Shown here in pieces: positions 1-8,968 of a stretch of 28,869 nt of DNA. The notes under the pieces are model-generated. The model ran no database searches. It worked only from the letters and a program-made list of their open reading frames with translations, and was not told where the DNA came from. This DNA comes from a virus. Taxonomy: Duplodnaviria; Caudoviricetes. Where the stretch lies: positions 1-28,869 of IMG/VR virus record IMGVR_UViG_3300016478_000046. One strand, 5' to 3'. A program made the position numbers and the translations under genes. The first letter of the stretch is position 1, and each line of letters begins with the position of its first letter.

Positions 1-211
1 CACCATCACCTGTCATATAAATAACAGTATCACCTTGTAATAACTCAGGAGGGGACATTACGCCACAAGCTGCATTCCAATCTGTCCACTCTTTAAACTT
101 ATCGTCCTCTACCTCTTGTTTCTTGTTAAGATGTTCAATCACCTCAATAATTTCGCTTGGTGTACCCTCTAATACCGCTTCAACGCTGTTTATTGTCAAT
201 GTTAGTTTCAT
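1..211 (-). CDS. hypothetical protein, runs off the window edge (MKLTLTINSVEAVLEGTPSEII...WTDWNAACGVMSPPELL)
   Basis: Read manually: ATG at 211 preceded by AGGAG SD; frame stays open to position 1; not in the ORF track. Confidence 0.75.
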   Translation of the reverse strand, partial: MKLTLTINSVEAVLEGTPSEIIEVIEHLNKKQEVEDDKFKEWTDWNAACGVMSPPELLQGDTVIYMTGDG

Positions 212-734
212 ATTGTTTACTCCTACCAGTTTTAGTTTTAGCTATCTCTTTGTCAGATAGTCCTAATGAAAGTAATATATCTGTTTGTTCTCTTTCTGTC
301 AAGGACTTAAACGCAATTATTTTCTTTTTATGTTCTGCTTCTTCGAATGTACAGCCTATGCGGTCTGCATAAGATTTTATCTTATGACATGATTTGCAGA
401 GGATTTGCATATTGTCTGTAGAGCATAACAAATCAAACAACCACAATCCAACAGATTCAGGCGTTTTACCAATACTCCCTGCCTCTGTTATATGGTCAAT
501 TTCGAGGTTAGAAGCTGCAAAGTAATTCAGGCACTTCTGGCATTGACCAACACTCTTAACCCTCTTGTTGGTTATATTATGGTGTAGTTGTACAGGCTCT
601 AGTTTGGATTTTTTGAAATCATTTTTAAGAGGCCAGTTTGCCCACACCCGTCTTAGCTGTCCTCGAAGCCACGACAATGCTTCTGATTCTGTTTTCCATA
701 TTGAGCCTTGCCATTGGAGTTGTTTAGGTTTCAT
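180..734 (-). CDS. HNH-fold endonuclease (Zn-binding, conserved phage nuclease)
   Basis: CQKC...LEIDH...NMQILCKSCHKIKS motif. Confidence 0.8.
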   Translation of the reverse strand: MKPKQLQWQGSIWKTESEALSWLRGQLRRVWANWPLKNDFKKSKLEPVQLHHNITNKRVKSVGQCQKCLNYFAASNLEIDHITEAGSIGKTPESVGLWLFDLLCSTDNMQILCKSCHKIKSYADRIGCTFEEAEHKKKIIAFKSLTEREQTDILLSLGLSDKEIAKTKTGRSKQYETNIDNKQR

Positions 735-1236
735 GTTTCACCATACAATTACCAACATCTTTGAACACATCAACAAACAGGTCTTTGTTGTTTCCCTTGT
801 AGCAGAAAACCTGTCCTTGTAACGAATTTCCAAGATTCCCAAACTCATCTAAAAACCTAACACGTTTATGTGTAAAACAAATAACATCAGAAACGCTGAT
901 TAGGTCAGCGAACCACGCTGTTTCTGTAGCATTGTTTGTCAGAGTAATAAAACTCGTAACATTACCTTTTTCAACATCAAGTTTTAATTTACGACAAAAC
1001 TCTTTAATCAAAGGGGAACTGTACGGAGGATTCATCCATATATTACCAAACCATTCTTTACTCAAACCGTCATCATATTTTGTGTAGAACTTTGATGCTT
1101 TTACATTCTCTTGTGCAACAATACTAGAACATGGGTCTAAATCTATTTGGCCTAAAATTTGTCTAGCTTTGTCTAAAAACAACAAAGGAGTGTACCATTC
1201 ATTATTACCGCTATTATGTGCAACGTGCGCTACCAT
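724..1236 (-). CDS. phage DNA N6-adenine methyltransferase (Dam, PF05869-like)
   Basis: NEWYTP, IDLDPCS and catalytic WMNPPYS motifs; AGGAG SD. Confidence 0.9.
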   Translation of the reverse strand: MVAHVAHNSGNNEWYTPLLFLDKARQILGQIDLDPCSSIVAQENVKASKFYTKYDDGLSKEWFGNIWMNPPYSSPLIKEFCRKLKLDVEKGNVTSFITLTNNATETAWFADLISVSDVICFTHKRVRFLDEFGNLGNSLQGQVFCYKGNNKDLFVDVFKDVGNCMVKHET

Positions 1237-1259
1237 TACTTTCTCCTAATACTTGTCAT

Positions 1260-1279
1260 AAAAAGGGGCGTTAAGCCCC
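1260..1279 (-). terminator. rho-independent terminator after nrdA
   Basis: Minus strand GGGGC-TTAAC-GCCCC-TTTTT. Confidence 0.8.
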
Positions 1280-1288
1280 CATAATCAA

Positions 1289-3046
1289 TTAACCAACACA
1301 AGTTTCGCAAACATCTTCACGTTTGACAAACTCAGCACCTCGCATTGAATAAACATAATACAAGGTCAATATCCCTTCATCATTAAATGCTTGCTTGTGT
1401 ATTTCACCAATATATTCCTCACTATCATTAGACGTAAAATATAAATTGATAGATTGTGCTTGGTCAATAGCTGATACACCATCAATCTTAATCCGTTGTC
1501 TTTGTGAGGCCAAACGTAGTATCCACTCGGCAGGTATTTCAAAAGCTGTACGGAATACACGTTTCTCAAAGTCTGATAACCAAGAAACATTCTTCACAGT
1601 TTTCTCTTTGGTTATCTTCTTAATTTCTTCATCATTGTAAACGCCTCTTTCTTTCATAATGTTTAGCAAAACTTTGTTAATACGGAAGAACTCGCCACCT
1701 GCACTCTGTTTAGTGAAAGCCATTGCCACATCATAACCAACACCTTCCGATTGACCACCAGACAACTCTGCTGTAGATTTAGTAGGAGGCATCATCAAAC
1801 GTGTTGCGTTGCGAATACCAAGCCCTTTACAACCGATAGGTTCACCAAGCACTTCCGCTAACCACTTTGTTGTCTCAATACTGTCTTTACCTAAACGTGT
1901 GAACACTTCATTGTTCAGGTACATTGCTTCTAAACTATCAACAGGTATCATCTCTTGCTGTAACAAAGTATGCCACGCTAATACACCACTGCCCAATGCA
2001 CGAAACTCGTTAGTAAAACGATAAATCTTCGACATTGCGCGTCTATCGTATTCTGTCATCTCGTCAATGGTCTGTAGGTATTCTGTAACATTACAATCAG
2101 ACATGATTTGTCCGATATGCACAATATGTTCAGGCCATTGTCTATACACCTCTAAATTATAGTTCAAAATGACACAAGAATATGTATAATCTTTGTTAGC
2201 AGGCAGACAACACTCTTGGCACAAATTTGATGCTTCAAATTGCAAACCAGCGCGTTTAAATGCTTCTGCTAAATGACGTTGACATTTATCTTTGAATGTG
2301 TAATAGCCTTTACCACGAGGTAACTTCACACCTAAAGACTTATTAAACTTTGATATAGCTTCTTTGTCACCATCGTTTAACTTCTTGACAAAACCATCTT
2401 TGATTAACCACCCAACATTGTTTGATTCAGGGTGTTTGTACAAGTTCTCAACCACTTTGTCAAAATCACCATGCTCAATATCTAAACTATAAGCCAAAGA
2501 ACCACGTCTACTGCCTTGTGTAACCTCGTTCATGGTTGTCATAAAATCACGAATGATTGGTAACACACCTAAGCTGTGACCTCCTCGTTTTAATGGTGTA
2601 CCCTCAGAAGGCCAATGGTCAATCGAATAACTAACACCGTGACTATGTTTTGTAAGGATTGCTGCTTCCGTAATGGCATCATATCTTTCAAACAAGTTGT
2701 CACCAACATACCCACCACTACAACTAACGGTTGTACCACGTTTGCGTAATCCTCCATTTGCTAACATTGGAGTAGAGGGTGAGATATACCCATCCCATAA
2801 GGCAAAGAAAAAAGCGTCTGCCCAAGTCTTTCCTTTAGTATAGGTATCTTTCTCCCACCAATCAGGATAAACGTGTGGTGCGTGTTTAGCCATTGTATAA
2901 GCAAGTGTTTTGTATCGCTGTAAAGGCGTTTCGTTGTTATAAGAATATTTCTCGTAAAACAACTGTAAACCTGCTGTTGTGTACCAAGACGGTGCTTCTC
3001 CAATACGTTGTAACTCTTTTCGTAATTTTGAATAATTCAAAGACAT
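1289..3046 (-). CDS. nrdA: class I ribonucleotide reductase alpha subunit, no ATP cone
   Basis: SPSTP, VSCSG, SNLCQE (NxCxE), PTKST, LYY and C-terminal CETC; start reassigned to ATG 3046 (MSLNYSK), just after the nrdB stop. Confidence 0.95.
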   Translation of the reverse strand: MSLNYSKLRKELQRIGEAPSWYTTAGLQLFYEKYSYNNETPLQRYKTLAYTMAKHAPHVYPDWWEKDTYTKGKTWADAFFFALWDGYISPSTPMLANGGLRKRGTTVSCSGGYVGDNLFERYDAITEAAILTKHSHGVSYSIDHWPSEGTPLKRGGHSLGVLPIIRDFMTTMNEVTQGSRRGSLAYSLDIEHGDFDKVVENLYKHPESNNVGWLIKDGFVKKLNDGDKEAISKFNKSLGVKLPRGKGYYTFKDKCQRHLAEAFKRAGLQFEASNLCQECCLPANKDYTYSCVILNYNLEVYRQWPEHIVHIGQIMSDCNVTEYLQTIDEMTEYDRRAMSKIYRFTNEFRALGSGVLAWHTLLQQEMIPVDSLEAMYLNNEVFTRLGKDSIETTKWLAEVLGEPIGCKGLGIRNATRLMMPPTKSTAELSGGQSEGVGYDVAMAFTKQSAGGEFFRINKVLLNIMKERGVYNDEEIKKITKEKTVKNVSWLSDFEKRVFRTAFEIPAEWILRLASQRQRIKIDGVSAIDQAQSINLYFTSNDSEEYIGEIHKQAFNDEGILTLYYVYSMRGAEFVKREDVCETCVG

Positions 3047-3047
3047 A

Positions 3048-4043
3048 TCACTTCTCCCAACATTTGCCAAAATCAGACTCAACCCAACCACTCTCGTATT
3101 CACCACCAACACCTGCTGTAAAGAAGTCTGGCATTTTATAAGAGTAGGTATTCTTTTCAAACCAATCAATGATAGTACAAGTACCAACAACAAATTCATG
3201 CGGTAATTGAATACGCTCTAAGTACACATTCAAACGGTATTTAACAAACTCTTTAAATTCTTGTTTGCTAACACCATTGATGACATCTTCTATCATCGCA
3301 TTATCAATAATACGACACTCATGCTCGTAAACGTGGTGTACTGCTTCTCGTATTTTTGTATAACGCTCTGTATCATCAACCAATGGTTTACCTAATTCAC
3401 TATAGTAGGTGTTGATAATCTCAGCACCTCCTCTACTGTGTAAATCCTCATCAATCACGGATTGATTGGTTGTTCTAACAATAACAGGTATCAAACTATT
3501 ACCGTTAGATTGATAAGACTTCAACAAAGCAAACAAAGAGAACAACAATGCACCTTCTGCCATCCCGAAGATAGCTGTTGCTAACACCTTATCTTTACCT
3601 TTTAACACTTTATTCAACCAATCAACACGAGCTTTTAACTCTTTATCATCGTATAAAGCCAAGTAGTCAGATGTTTTATCCTTACCCAACACCTTGTTGA
3701 TTTTGTTGTATGCTCTTGCGTGTATGGCTAATTCTGTCATAGAGAACACACTTGCCATACACTCAACCTCTGGACGTGGGAATGTTTTAACAACAACCTC
3801 ACGCCAAAACTCACCACCAACAAACAACTCATACTTCAAGAAGATATTTAAGATATACTCAACCATGTGTCGTTGAGCAGGTGTTAGTTTGTACAGTAAA
3901 TGTTGTTTATCTAACTCAACCTCCATCTCAGTAGCAAACCACAAATTATCCTCTAACTGTTCATCTGCTAATTCGTAGAAACGAGGGTAAAATTCCTCAT
4001 AACTGTCTGTTGGTGTACAAATACGCACTGTTTCCATCTTCAA
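3048..4043 (-). CDS. nrdB: class I ribonucleotide reductase beta subunit
   Basis: Ferritin-like ligands: YELFVG, ELAIHARAY, AEGALLFSLF, DEDLH; C-terminal DFF...Y; adjacent to nrdA. Confidence 0.93.
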   Translation of the reverse strand: MKMETVRICTPTDSYEEFYPRFYELADEQLEDNLWFATEMEVELDKQHLLYKLTPAQRHMVEYILNIFLKYELFVGGEFWREVVVKTFPRPEVECMASVFSMTELAIHARAYNKINKVLGKDKTSDYLALYDDKELKARVDWLNKVLKGKDKVLATAIFGMAEGALLFSLFALLKSYQSNGNSLIPVIVRTTNQSVIDEDLHSRGGAEIINTYYSELGKPLVDDTERYTKIREAVHHVYEHECRIIDNAMIEDVINGVSKQEFKEFVKYRLNVYLERIQLPHEFVVGTCTIIDWFEKNTYSYKMPDFFTAGVGGEYESGWVESDFGKCWEK

Positions 4044-4360
4044 CCACCCTTACTCATATTAGCGACTTCTTTAATCATACTCAAATCTCCTTTACTAAGC
4101 AATCTAGCTTCAAAACTAGCATATCCACTCGTTACCCATTCCCTATCAAATCGTTCACTACCAAGATAATAAACCCCATTCACTTTAAGTCCTGTCGCTG
4201 TTGTATGCTCACACTCAACAGCTTCAATCCCTTTCTTTATATCCACTCCAAGCTGCCATAAGGCAGCCTCTAATTGTGTTTTATCGTTTGTATTAACCCC
4301 GTAATGAATCAAATCATATTGGCTAATGTTACGAGGCAGTTGTATTTTTTTAGTGTTCAC
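4040..4360 (-). CDS. hypothetical protein
   Basis: 106-aa ORF, GTG start with GAGG SD; stop overlaps the nrdB start (ATGA). Confidence 0.8.
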   Translation of the reverse strand: MNTKKIQLPRNISQYDLIHYGVNTNDKTQLEAALWQLGVDIKKGIEAVECEHTTATGLKVNGVYYLGSERFDREWVTSGYASFEARLLSKGDLSMIKEVANMSKGG

Positions 4361-4931
4361 TTTTATTATCCTCAGTCTCTAAACCTGTTTCATCAATCTC
4401 TTGTGTATAATCGAATGATGTACAATTATTATTTGGAATCAATGCACGGTGTTGTAAAGCAAATTCTTTCTGTAACTCAAGATATTTAGCATCAACAACT
4501 TTCTTAGCTAACTCTTTAGTATCATACATTCCCAAATAATATCTAACGCCAGCAACGTTGACTAACGCTTTCCACCTACCTCTGTCTAAGTAAACACCTT
4601 TGATACCAGATTGACTTCCTTTGTTACCATTACAATTCCATCTGTTTGTCTTTTTACACGATGCTCTTAGATTTTCAATTCTGTTATTCATTGTATTACC
4701 GTCTATGTGGTCGACCAAGTCTGGAAGAATATTGTTAAACATAAGAAACACAATCCTGTGCAACATATATGACCTACCATCAATCTTCAATCTGCGGTAT
4801 ATGTCTTTCTTACAAACATGGTCAAAACCAACAATAGAATTTTTCTTGCAACCACCAGAAGATGATTTTCTGTACAACACACCATCTTCGTATATAAATA
4901 ATTCGTGACATCTTTCAAATAAACTAGTCAT
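4350..4931 (-). CDS. free-standing HNH homing endonuclease with C-terminal AP2 domain
   Basis: LHRIVF...VDHIDGNTMNNRIENLR (HNH_3 type) plus GIKGVY..GRWKA...YLGMYDT..A (AP2); ATG 4931 has GGAG SD and overlaps the thyX end. Confidence 0.9.
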   Translation of the reverse strand: MTSLFERCHELFIYEDGVLYRKSSSGGCKKNSIVGFDHVCKKDIYRRLKIDGRSYMLHRIVFLMFNNILPDLVDHIDGNTMNNRIENLRASCKKTNRWNCNGNKGSQSGIKGVYLDRGRWKALVNVAGVRYYLGMYDTKELAKKVVDAKYLELQKEFALQHRALIPNNNCTSFDYTQEIDETGLETEDNKSEH

Positions 4932-5586
4932 TTTTGACTCCAAACTCATTCTCAGGAAAGAACGCACTCATTGTAATCGGTGCTACTTTACGTAATTCTT
5001 CTAACACTTGTTGTGCTAACACACGATGTTCTTTCTGTGTTGTTGGGTCTAAACGCTGTTTTAAATAGAATATCCAACTGCGTAATGTCCCGTTCATATA
5101 CATCCGACTGTTTGTCAAGCCTTCGGGTAAGATAGCTCTCGCTTGTTCTTTGGCAATCCCTTTCTCTAAAGCATCTTCGTAAAGCTCATAACACACGCTT
5201 TGTATATCAGATTGTGCTTTGTACCACCAATCTTTTAATTCAACATCATCTGTCTCTAGGCTGTTCTGTCTGTTCTTTGTATCTTGTAAGCGTGTCTCTC
5301 GTATTTCAGCTTTGTCTAGTAAAGACATATCTTGGTATCTTCCACTGAACTCTTGAAAACTAAAGCTACGGTGACGCAACACTTGACGACCAATATCTCG
5401 TGTTGTATTAAGCTCCAAACAAACATTTGCCATCTCAAAAGGAGATACATGACCATGTGTCATGCAATAGCGTAACAAACCCTCTACTTTTTCATTTGCT
5501 TGATTAGCAGGATTTGATACTCGTGTAATATACCCCAATACTTTGTCAATTTCATGTGTTGCCCATACGATTTTAACACTACTCAT
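4924..5586 (-). CDS. thyX: flavin-dependent thymidylate synthase
   Basis: GHVSPFE and RHRSFSFQEFSGRY (RHRx7S) signature; ARAILP, TQKEHR. Confidence 0.97.
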   Translation of the reverse strand: MSSVKIVWATHEIDKVLGYITRVSNPANQANEKVEGLLRYCMTHGHVSPFEMANVCLELNTTRDIGRQVLRHRSFSFQEFSGRYQDMSLLDKAEIRETRLQDTKNRQNSLETDDVELKDWWYKAQSDIQSVCYELYEDALEKGIAKEQARAILPEGLTNSRMYMNGTLRSWIFYLKQRLDPTTQKEHRVLAQQVLEELRKVAPITMSAFFPENEFGVKND

Positions 5587-5597
5587 TATTCACTCTC

Positions 5598-5948
5598 TCA
5601 CTTATCTGCTCGTAATTGTGCTGACTTATCCGAATACTGCAACCCTTCGTAACGCTTAGACAGTTTTACAATGTTTGCATCAATAGTCTCTTGTCTAGTA
5701 ATACCAAGCCCTTGTCGCAACCCCTCCATATAAAACTCTAAATCACCTAATTCTTCAATTACATTCTCTAGGTCTAATGGTTTTCGATAAATTACAGCCT
5801 TTTTAACAGCATCAAGCAATTCACCTGCTTCACCGCTCACACCTACTGTCATGTGTAACAAGTTTGCATCTTCTGCCGTCAACTCGTTAGCAATAACTTC
5901 ACCTTTCTTAGCTAAAGCTGCTACCATATCACTATAAACAATACTCAT
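5598..5948 (-). CDS. MazG-like nucleotide pyrophosphohydrolase
   Basis: GEAGELLDAVKK...EELGDL...NIVKL.KRY acidic metal-binding motifs. Confidence 0.9.
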   Translation of the reverse strand: MSIVYSDMVAALAKKGEVIANELTAEDANLLHMTVGVSGEAGELLDAVKKAVIYRKPLDLENVIEELGDLEFYMEGLRQGLGITRQETIDANIVKLSKRYEGLQYSDKSAQLRADK

Positions 5949-5979
5949 TTTGTTTCCTCTATTTAATTTAGATATTTAA

Positions 5980-6291
5980 TTAAAATGGTTCGTATTCTTT
6001 AATACACGAAACCACTTCGCTATTTGCTGCTAAAGCCTCTATTGATGTAGAGGCAAATTCTAACCATATCTTATCGAAGTATAATCCATTGGGGAACTCA
6101 TCCACTTCAACAACAATCCCGTTGTCCGAGATATATTTTACTCTAAATGTCGTACCTTTGTCAACAGGTACTCCGTTTACATTTAATCCGTAAAGACACA
6201 ACGGAATATTGTGTTTGGTTTTTGTAGGCAATTTTAAGTGTTTTATGTTAGCAAATGCTACACGGTCTCCGATCTCAATTTCACTGAACAT
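5980..6291 (-). CDS. hypothetical protein (SH3-like IGDRV N-terminus)
   Basis: ATG 6291 with GGAGGTGA SD; TAATG overlap with the upstream gene. Confidence 0.75.
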   Translation of the reverse strand: MFSEIEIGDRVAFANIKHLKLPTKTKHNIPLCLYGLNVNGVPVDKGTTFRVKYISDNGIVVEVDEFPNGLYFDKIWLEFASTSIEALAANSEVVSCIKEYEPF

Positions 6292-6880
6292 TATTTCACC
6301 TCCCATTTCATCATTGCATTAAATAACCTTGAATCTATTTCTGATTGCCATTTTAGAGCTAATTGTTTACAAAGTGCTTCTTTAAGTGGTTTGTACACAT
6401 TAAAGGCTTCTTCTGCTGTGTTGAACAAACCTAAGTATTGTCGCTTACCGTTTACAGCGCAAGATGCCATAAACTTACTACTGTGTTTATGAAAACAAAC
6501 ACCTAAATGGTATTCCCCTCTAGCGTTACCATGCTCGTTGAAAAACGAGTTTATCTCTCGCGGCACAAAAACGCAAGTGGTTTCAGAATATATCTTATTG
6601 TCAACAATCAACAAATCCTTATCTAATTGCCAACTTCTTCCTTTTTCATCAACCTTTCCAAAACCAATCTGTTTTTGACACCAGTCATAGAAGAATGTGT
6701 AATTAAGAAAGTTATCAGATACAGAACAACCTTTGTAGGTTGGTTGATGTGTTTGATACTTTTCACTAAAACAGCGTCTTAACATACCATTCCACAAATC
6801 GTATTCTTTAACATTTTTACCATCAACATAAGTAGGTCTTGTTTTATCGTTAAAACAACACCCCATACTAATTTACTCAT
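6291..6880 (-). pseudogene. HNH-like (DKD)/AP2 endonuclease, copy 1, with a 1-nt deletion in codon 9
   Basis: ATGAGTAAATTAGT start at 6880 is identical to copies 2 and 3; GGT GTT G-T TTT AAC lacks one G relative to copy 3; the remainder is intact (ORF 6291..6866). Confidence 0.85.
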
Positions 6881-6920
6881 CTCTAACTCCAAATATTACC
6901 AACACATCTTTAATGTACAA

Positions 6921-6951
6921 TGTATGTGTTGTATCCCGTACAACACATACA
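6921..6951. repeat. perfect 13-bp inverted repeat (hairpin)
   Basis: TGTATGTGTTGTA-TCCCG-TACAACACATACA. Confidence 0.9.
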
Positions 6952-6996
6952 AATCTACTTACAGCACGATTGTTACTTTCTTTGGCATGGTATCAC

Positions 6997-7572
6997 CTAC
7001 ACCCTTAAAGAACAAACAAGACCATCAAAACACCATTCACCAATATCTGTATCTTTCGGCAATAACATACGAGCAGTTTCTTTTTTGCTAGAATGCTCTA
7101 TACACCAATGCCCTGTATTTTTCTTACAACCTAAATCTTTAGCCACCTTAACAAACTTATACAACAGTTCTAAGTCATAAGAGTTAGCATTTCCGTCAGG
7201 CGTTACATTAGACCACAACAAACGATAAAAGTCAGGGTATTTCGCATCACAAGCCGTAAACCGTATGTCATTAACTGTATAGCTAATTACTCTGTCGTCT
7301 CTTGTTTTATCAAAACTAAATGCAAGTGTGCTTGTTTTATACAGTGTACACAAATTAACAACATCTGCTTGTTCTATAATTAAGCTAAAATTAGGTAGAT
7401 TTATGTTTTTATACAATCTACCAAAAACATGGCCATCTGTTGCCACAAGATTAAGCTCATTATCTTTACAAATAATAGCAACACCTTGAAGGTATGTTCT
7501 TACATCTTTCTTTGCTGAAAGATTTGATAAAGCCTTTAAAAAGGCTGTTTTAATTTCAAACTCAATACTCAT
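6997..7572 (-). CDS. DNA polymerase III beta-clamp-like protein (short phage version)
   Basis: DVRTYLQGV, LVATDGH and YPDFYRL resemble the DnaN central domain. Confidence 0.8.
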   Translation of the reverse strand: MSIEFEIKTAFLKALSNLSAKKDVRTYLQGVAIICKDNELNLVATDGHVFGRLYKNINLPNFSLIIEQADVVNLCTLYKTSTLAFSFDKTRDDRVISYTVNDIRFTACDAKYPDFYRLLWSNVTPDGNANSYDLELLYKFVKVAKDLGCKKNTGHWCIEHSSKKETARMLLPKDTDIGEWCFDGLVCSLRV

Positions 7573-7754
7573 CTCATCACTCCTAATATAACCAACATAT
7601 CTCTAATATACACATGAAATGTTGTTGTTCGTACAACACCTGTCCGTTTATATAATTCCTCAGCTATTTGCCAAACAGTGCCTGTCTCCCACTCTAAGTG
7701 TTTCAAAGCAATATCCATTGTTTGAATACACTCTTGTTTAGTCATTTTAATCAC
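7569..7754 (-). CDS. small hypothetical protein
   Basis: Overlaps both neighbours by 4 nt; GAGG SD. Confidence 0.65.
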   Translation of the reverse strand: MIKMTKQECIQTMDIALKHLEWETGTVWQIAEELYKRTGVVRTTTFHVYIRDMLVILGVMR

Positions 7755-7972
7755 CTCTTGTTAGATTTTGAAAGATATTCTGTCTGCATAGACAACATCT
7801 TTTGGTATGCTTCTTTGTTTATTGGCAAACCATAAGCGTCATGACTCACCATGTGGTAGTGATAGCCACAAAAATAACCACTAATACCAAAGTAATTATT
7901 CAAATGCCAATGTTGGCTATCATGCTTACAATCGTTATTGTTTATACAGCAATAGCGCATAAAACACCTCAT
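7751..7972 (-). CDS. small Cys/His-rich hypothetical protein (start may be the ATG of MRYCC)
   Basis: First ORF after a promoter; GAGGTG SD precedes the second Met. Confidence 0.65.
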   Translation of the reverse strand: MRCFMRYCCINNNDCKHDSQHWHLNNYFGISGYFCGYHYHMVSHDAYGLPINKEAYQKMLSMQTEYLSKSNKR

Positions 7973-7996
7973 CAGCTTTGTTAAACAATGTAATAG

Positions 7997-8025
7997 ATTT
8001 TATCAGACCTCTTACATTGCGTCAA
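7997..8025 (-). promoter_or_regulatory. sigma70-type promoter
   Basis: TTGACG-17bp-TAAAAT; CAATGTAA/TTACATTG inverted repeat (7986-8019) flanks the -10. Confidence 0.75.
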
Positions 8026-8031
8026 TAGGTT

Positions 8032-8937
8032 TTATAAAGATTCTTCTCGATATAGTGGTTTTGCCAACAAGTTTTTCGGAAGTTGTTTACCAAAATCAGC
8101 ACCCATCTTGTCGTAGGCACAAGCAAATTCTCGCACATTACACACCTTGACGATTAGCTTTTCTGTAATGTCATAGACAACATATTTGTCATTCTCAAGT
8201 GTGATACAGCGTAAAACTGGCTCACCATTTCTACCATCCATTTTGAATTTACTATAGATAGGGTGTTTGTTTAGTCGGTGAATCATCTTCATTAGACTAG
8301 CCTGTTTTGAGCTTTCCAGATATACTCTATCCCTGTCCTCGTACCCATTAAGGTACACAATATTGTGTCCACGATAGCTTAAATCCCTGTACATTGCAAA
8401 ATCTGGATTAGTCTCCAATAAACACTTATAAACCTCATCTTTCAGTTTAATTCTACTAGGATGAACACCTGATACCCTCTCATAAACAGAGTTTTTAACA
8501 TCAAAAGTTTTGTCACCAAATGGACAACCAACTTGTGTTAGTAACAATCTTGTGTCAGAGGTAAACCGCAGACCATTTATCTTACAACTCAAACCTAATT
8601 TTTCACCTATTGCCACCAACTCATCAAGGAAAGGCGCAACAAATGTTCTTCTACCACTATTACCTCTTAGGTTGGCAACAGGTTGGTATCTCATTATGTA
8701 TGCACTTTCTTTTTTCAAAGCATCTTGTTCAGAGAGTGGTCTTTCTTGTATAACGACTTCTACATTCTCGTCTCCGAGCATTGCGCCTCTGTAGTATATT
8801 TCGTTTAATAGTTTATTTTGACTAACTCCGCTTCTTGCGTGTTCAAACCTATCGTTTTTACCACAGCCGATGTACACAATAATACCTCTATACTTAACAA
8901 AATATACATAGTGTTTCTTTTCTTCTTCTGTTTTCAT
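8032..8937 (-). CDS. GIY-YIG domain protein
   Basis: YVY...VYIGCG..DRFEH...ESAYI..YQP.AN pattern at the N-terminus; AGGAG SD. Confidence 0.75.
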   Translation of the reverse strand: MKTEEEKKHYVYFVKYRGIIVYIGCGKNDRFEHARSGVSQNKLLNEIYYRGAMLGDENVEVVIQERPLSEQDALKKESAYIMRYQPVANLRGNSGRRTFVAPFLDELVAIGEKLGLSCKINGLRFTSDTRLLLTQVGCPFGDKTFDVKNSVYERVSGVHPSRIKLKDEVYKCLLETNPDFAMYRDLSYRGHNIVYLNGYEDRDRVYLESSKQASLMKMIHRLNKHPIYSKFKMDGRNGEPVLRCITLENDKYVVYDITEKLIVKVCNVREFACAYDKMGADFGKQLPKNLLAKPLYREESL

Positions 8938-8968
8938 ACTCTATCTCCTGAAATTAAAATAAGTCAAA

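Noticed and set aside
3047-3199. N-terminal extension of the 636-aa nrdA ORF
   Set aside because: It overlaps nrdB in another frame; ATG 3046 has an SD and follows the nrdB stop.
6850-6860. Programmed -1 frameshift restoring copy 1
   Set aside because: GTT-TTA-ACG is not a canonical X XXY YYZ slippery site, and the other copies simply have the extra G.
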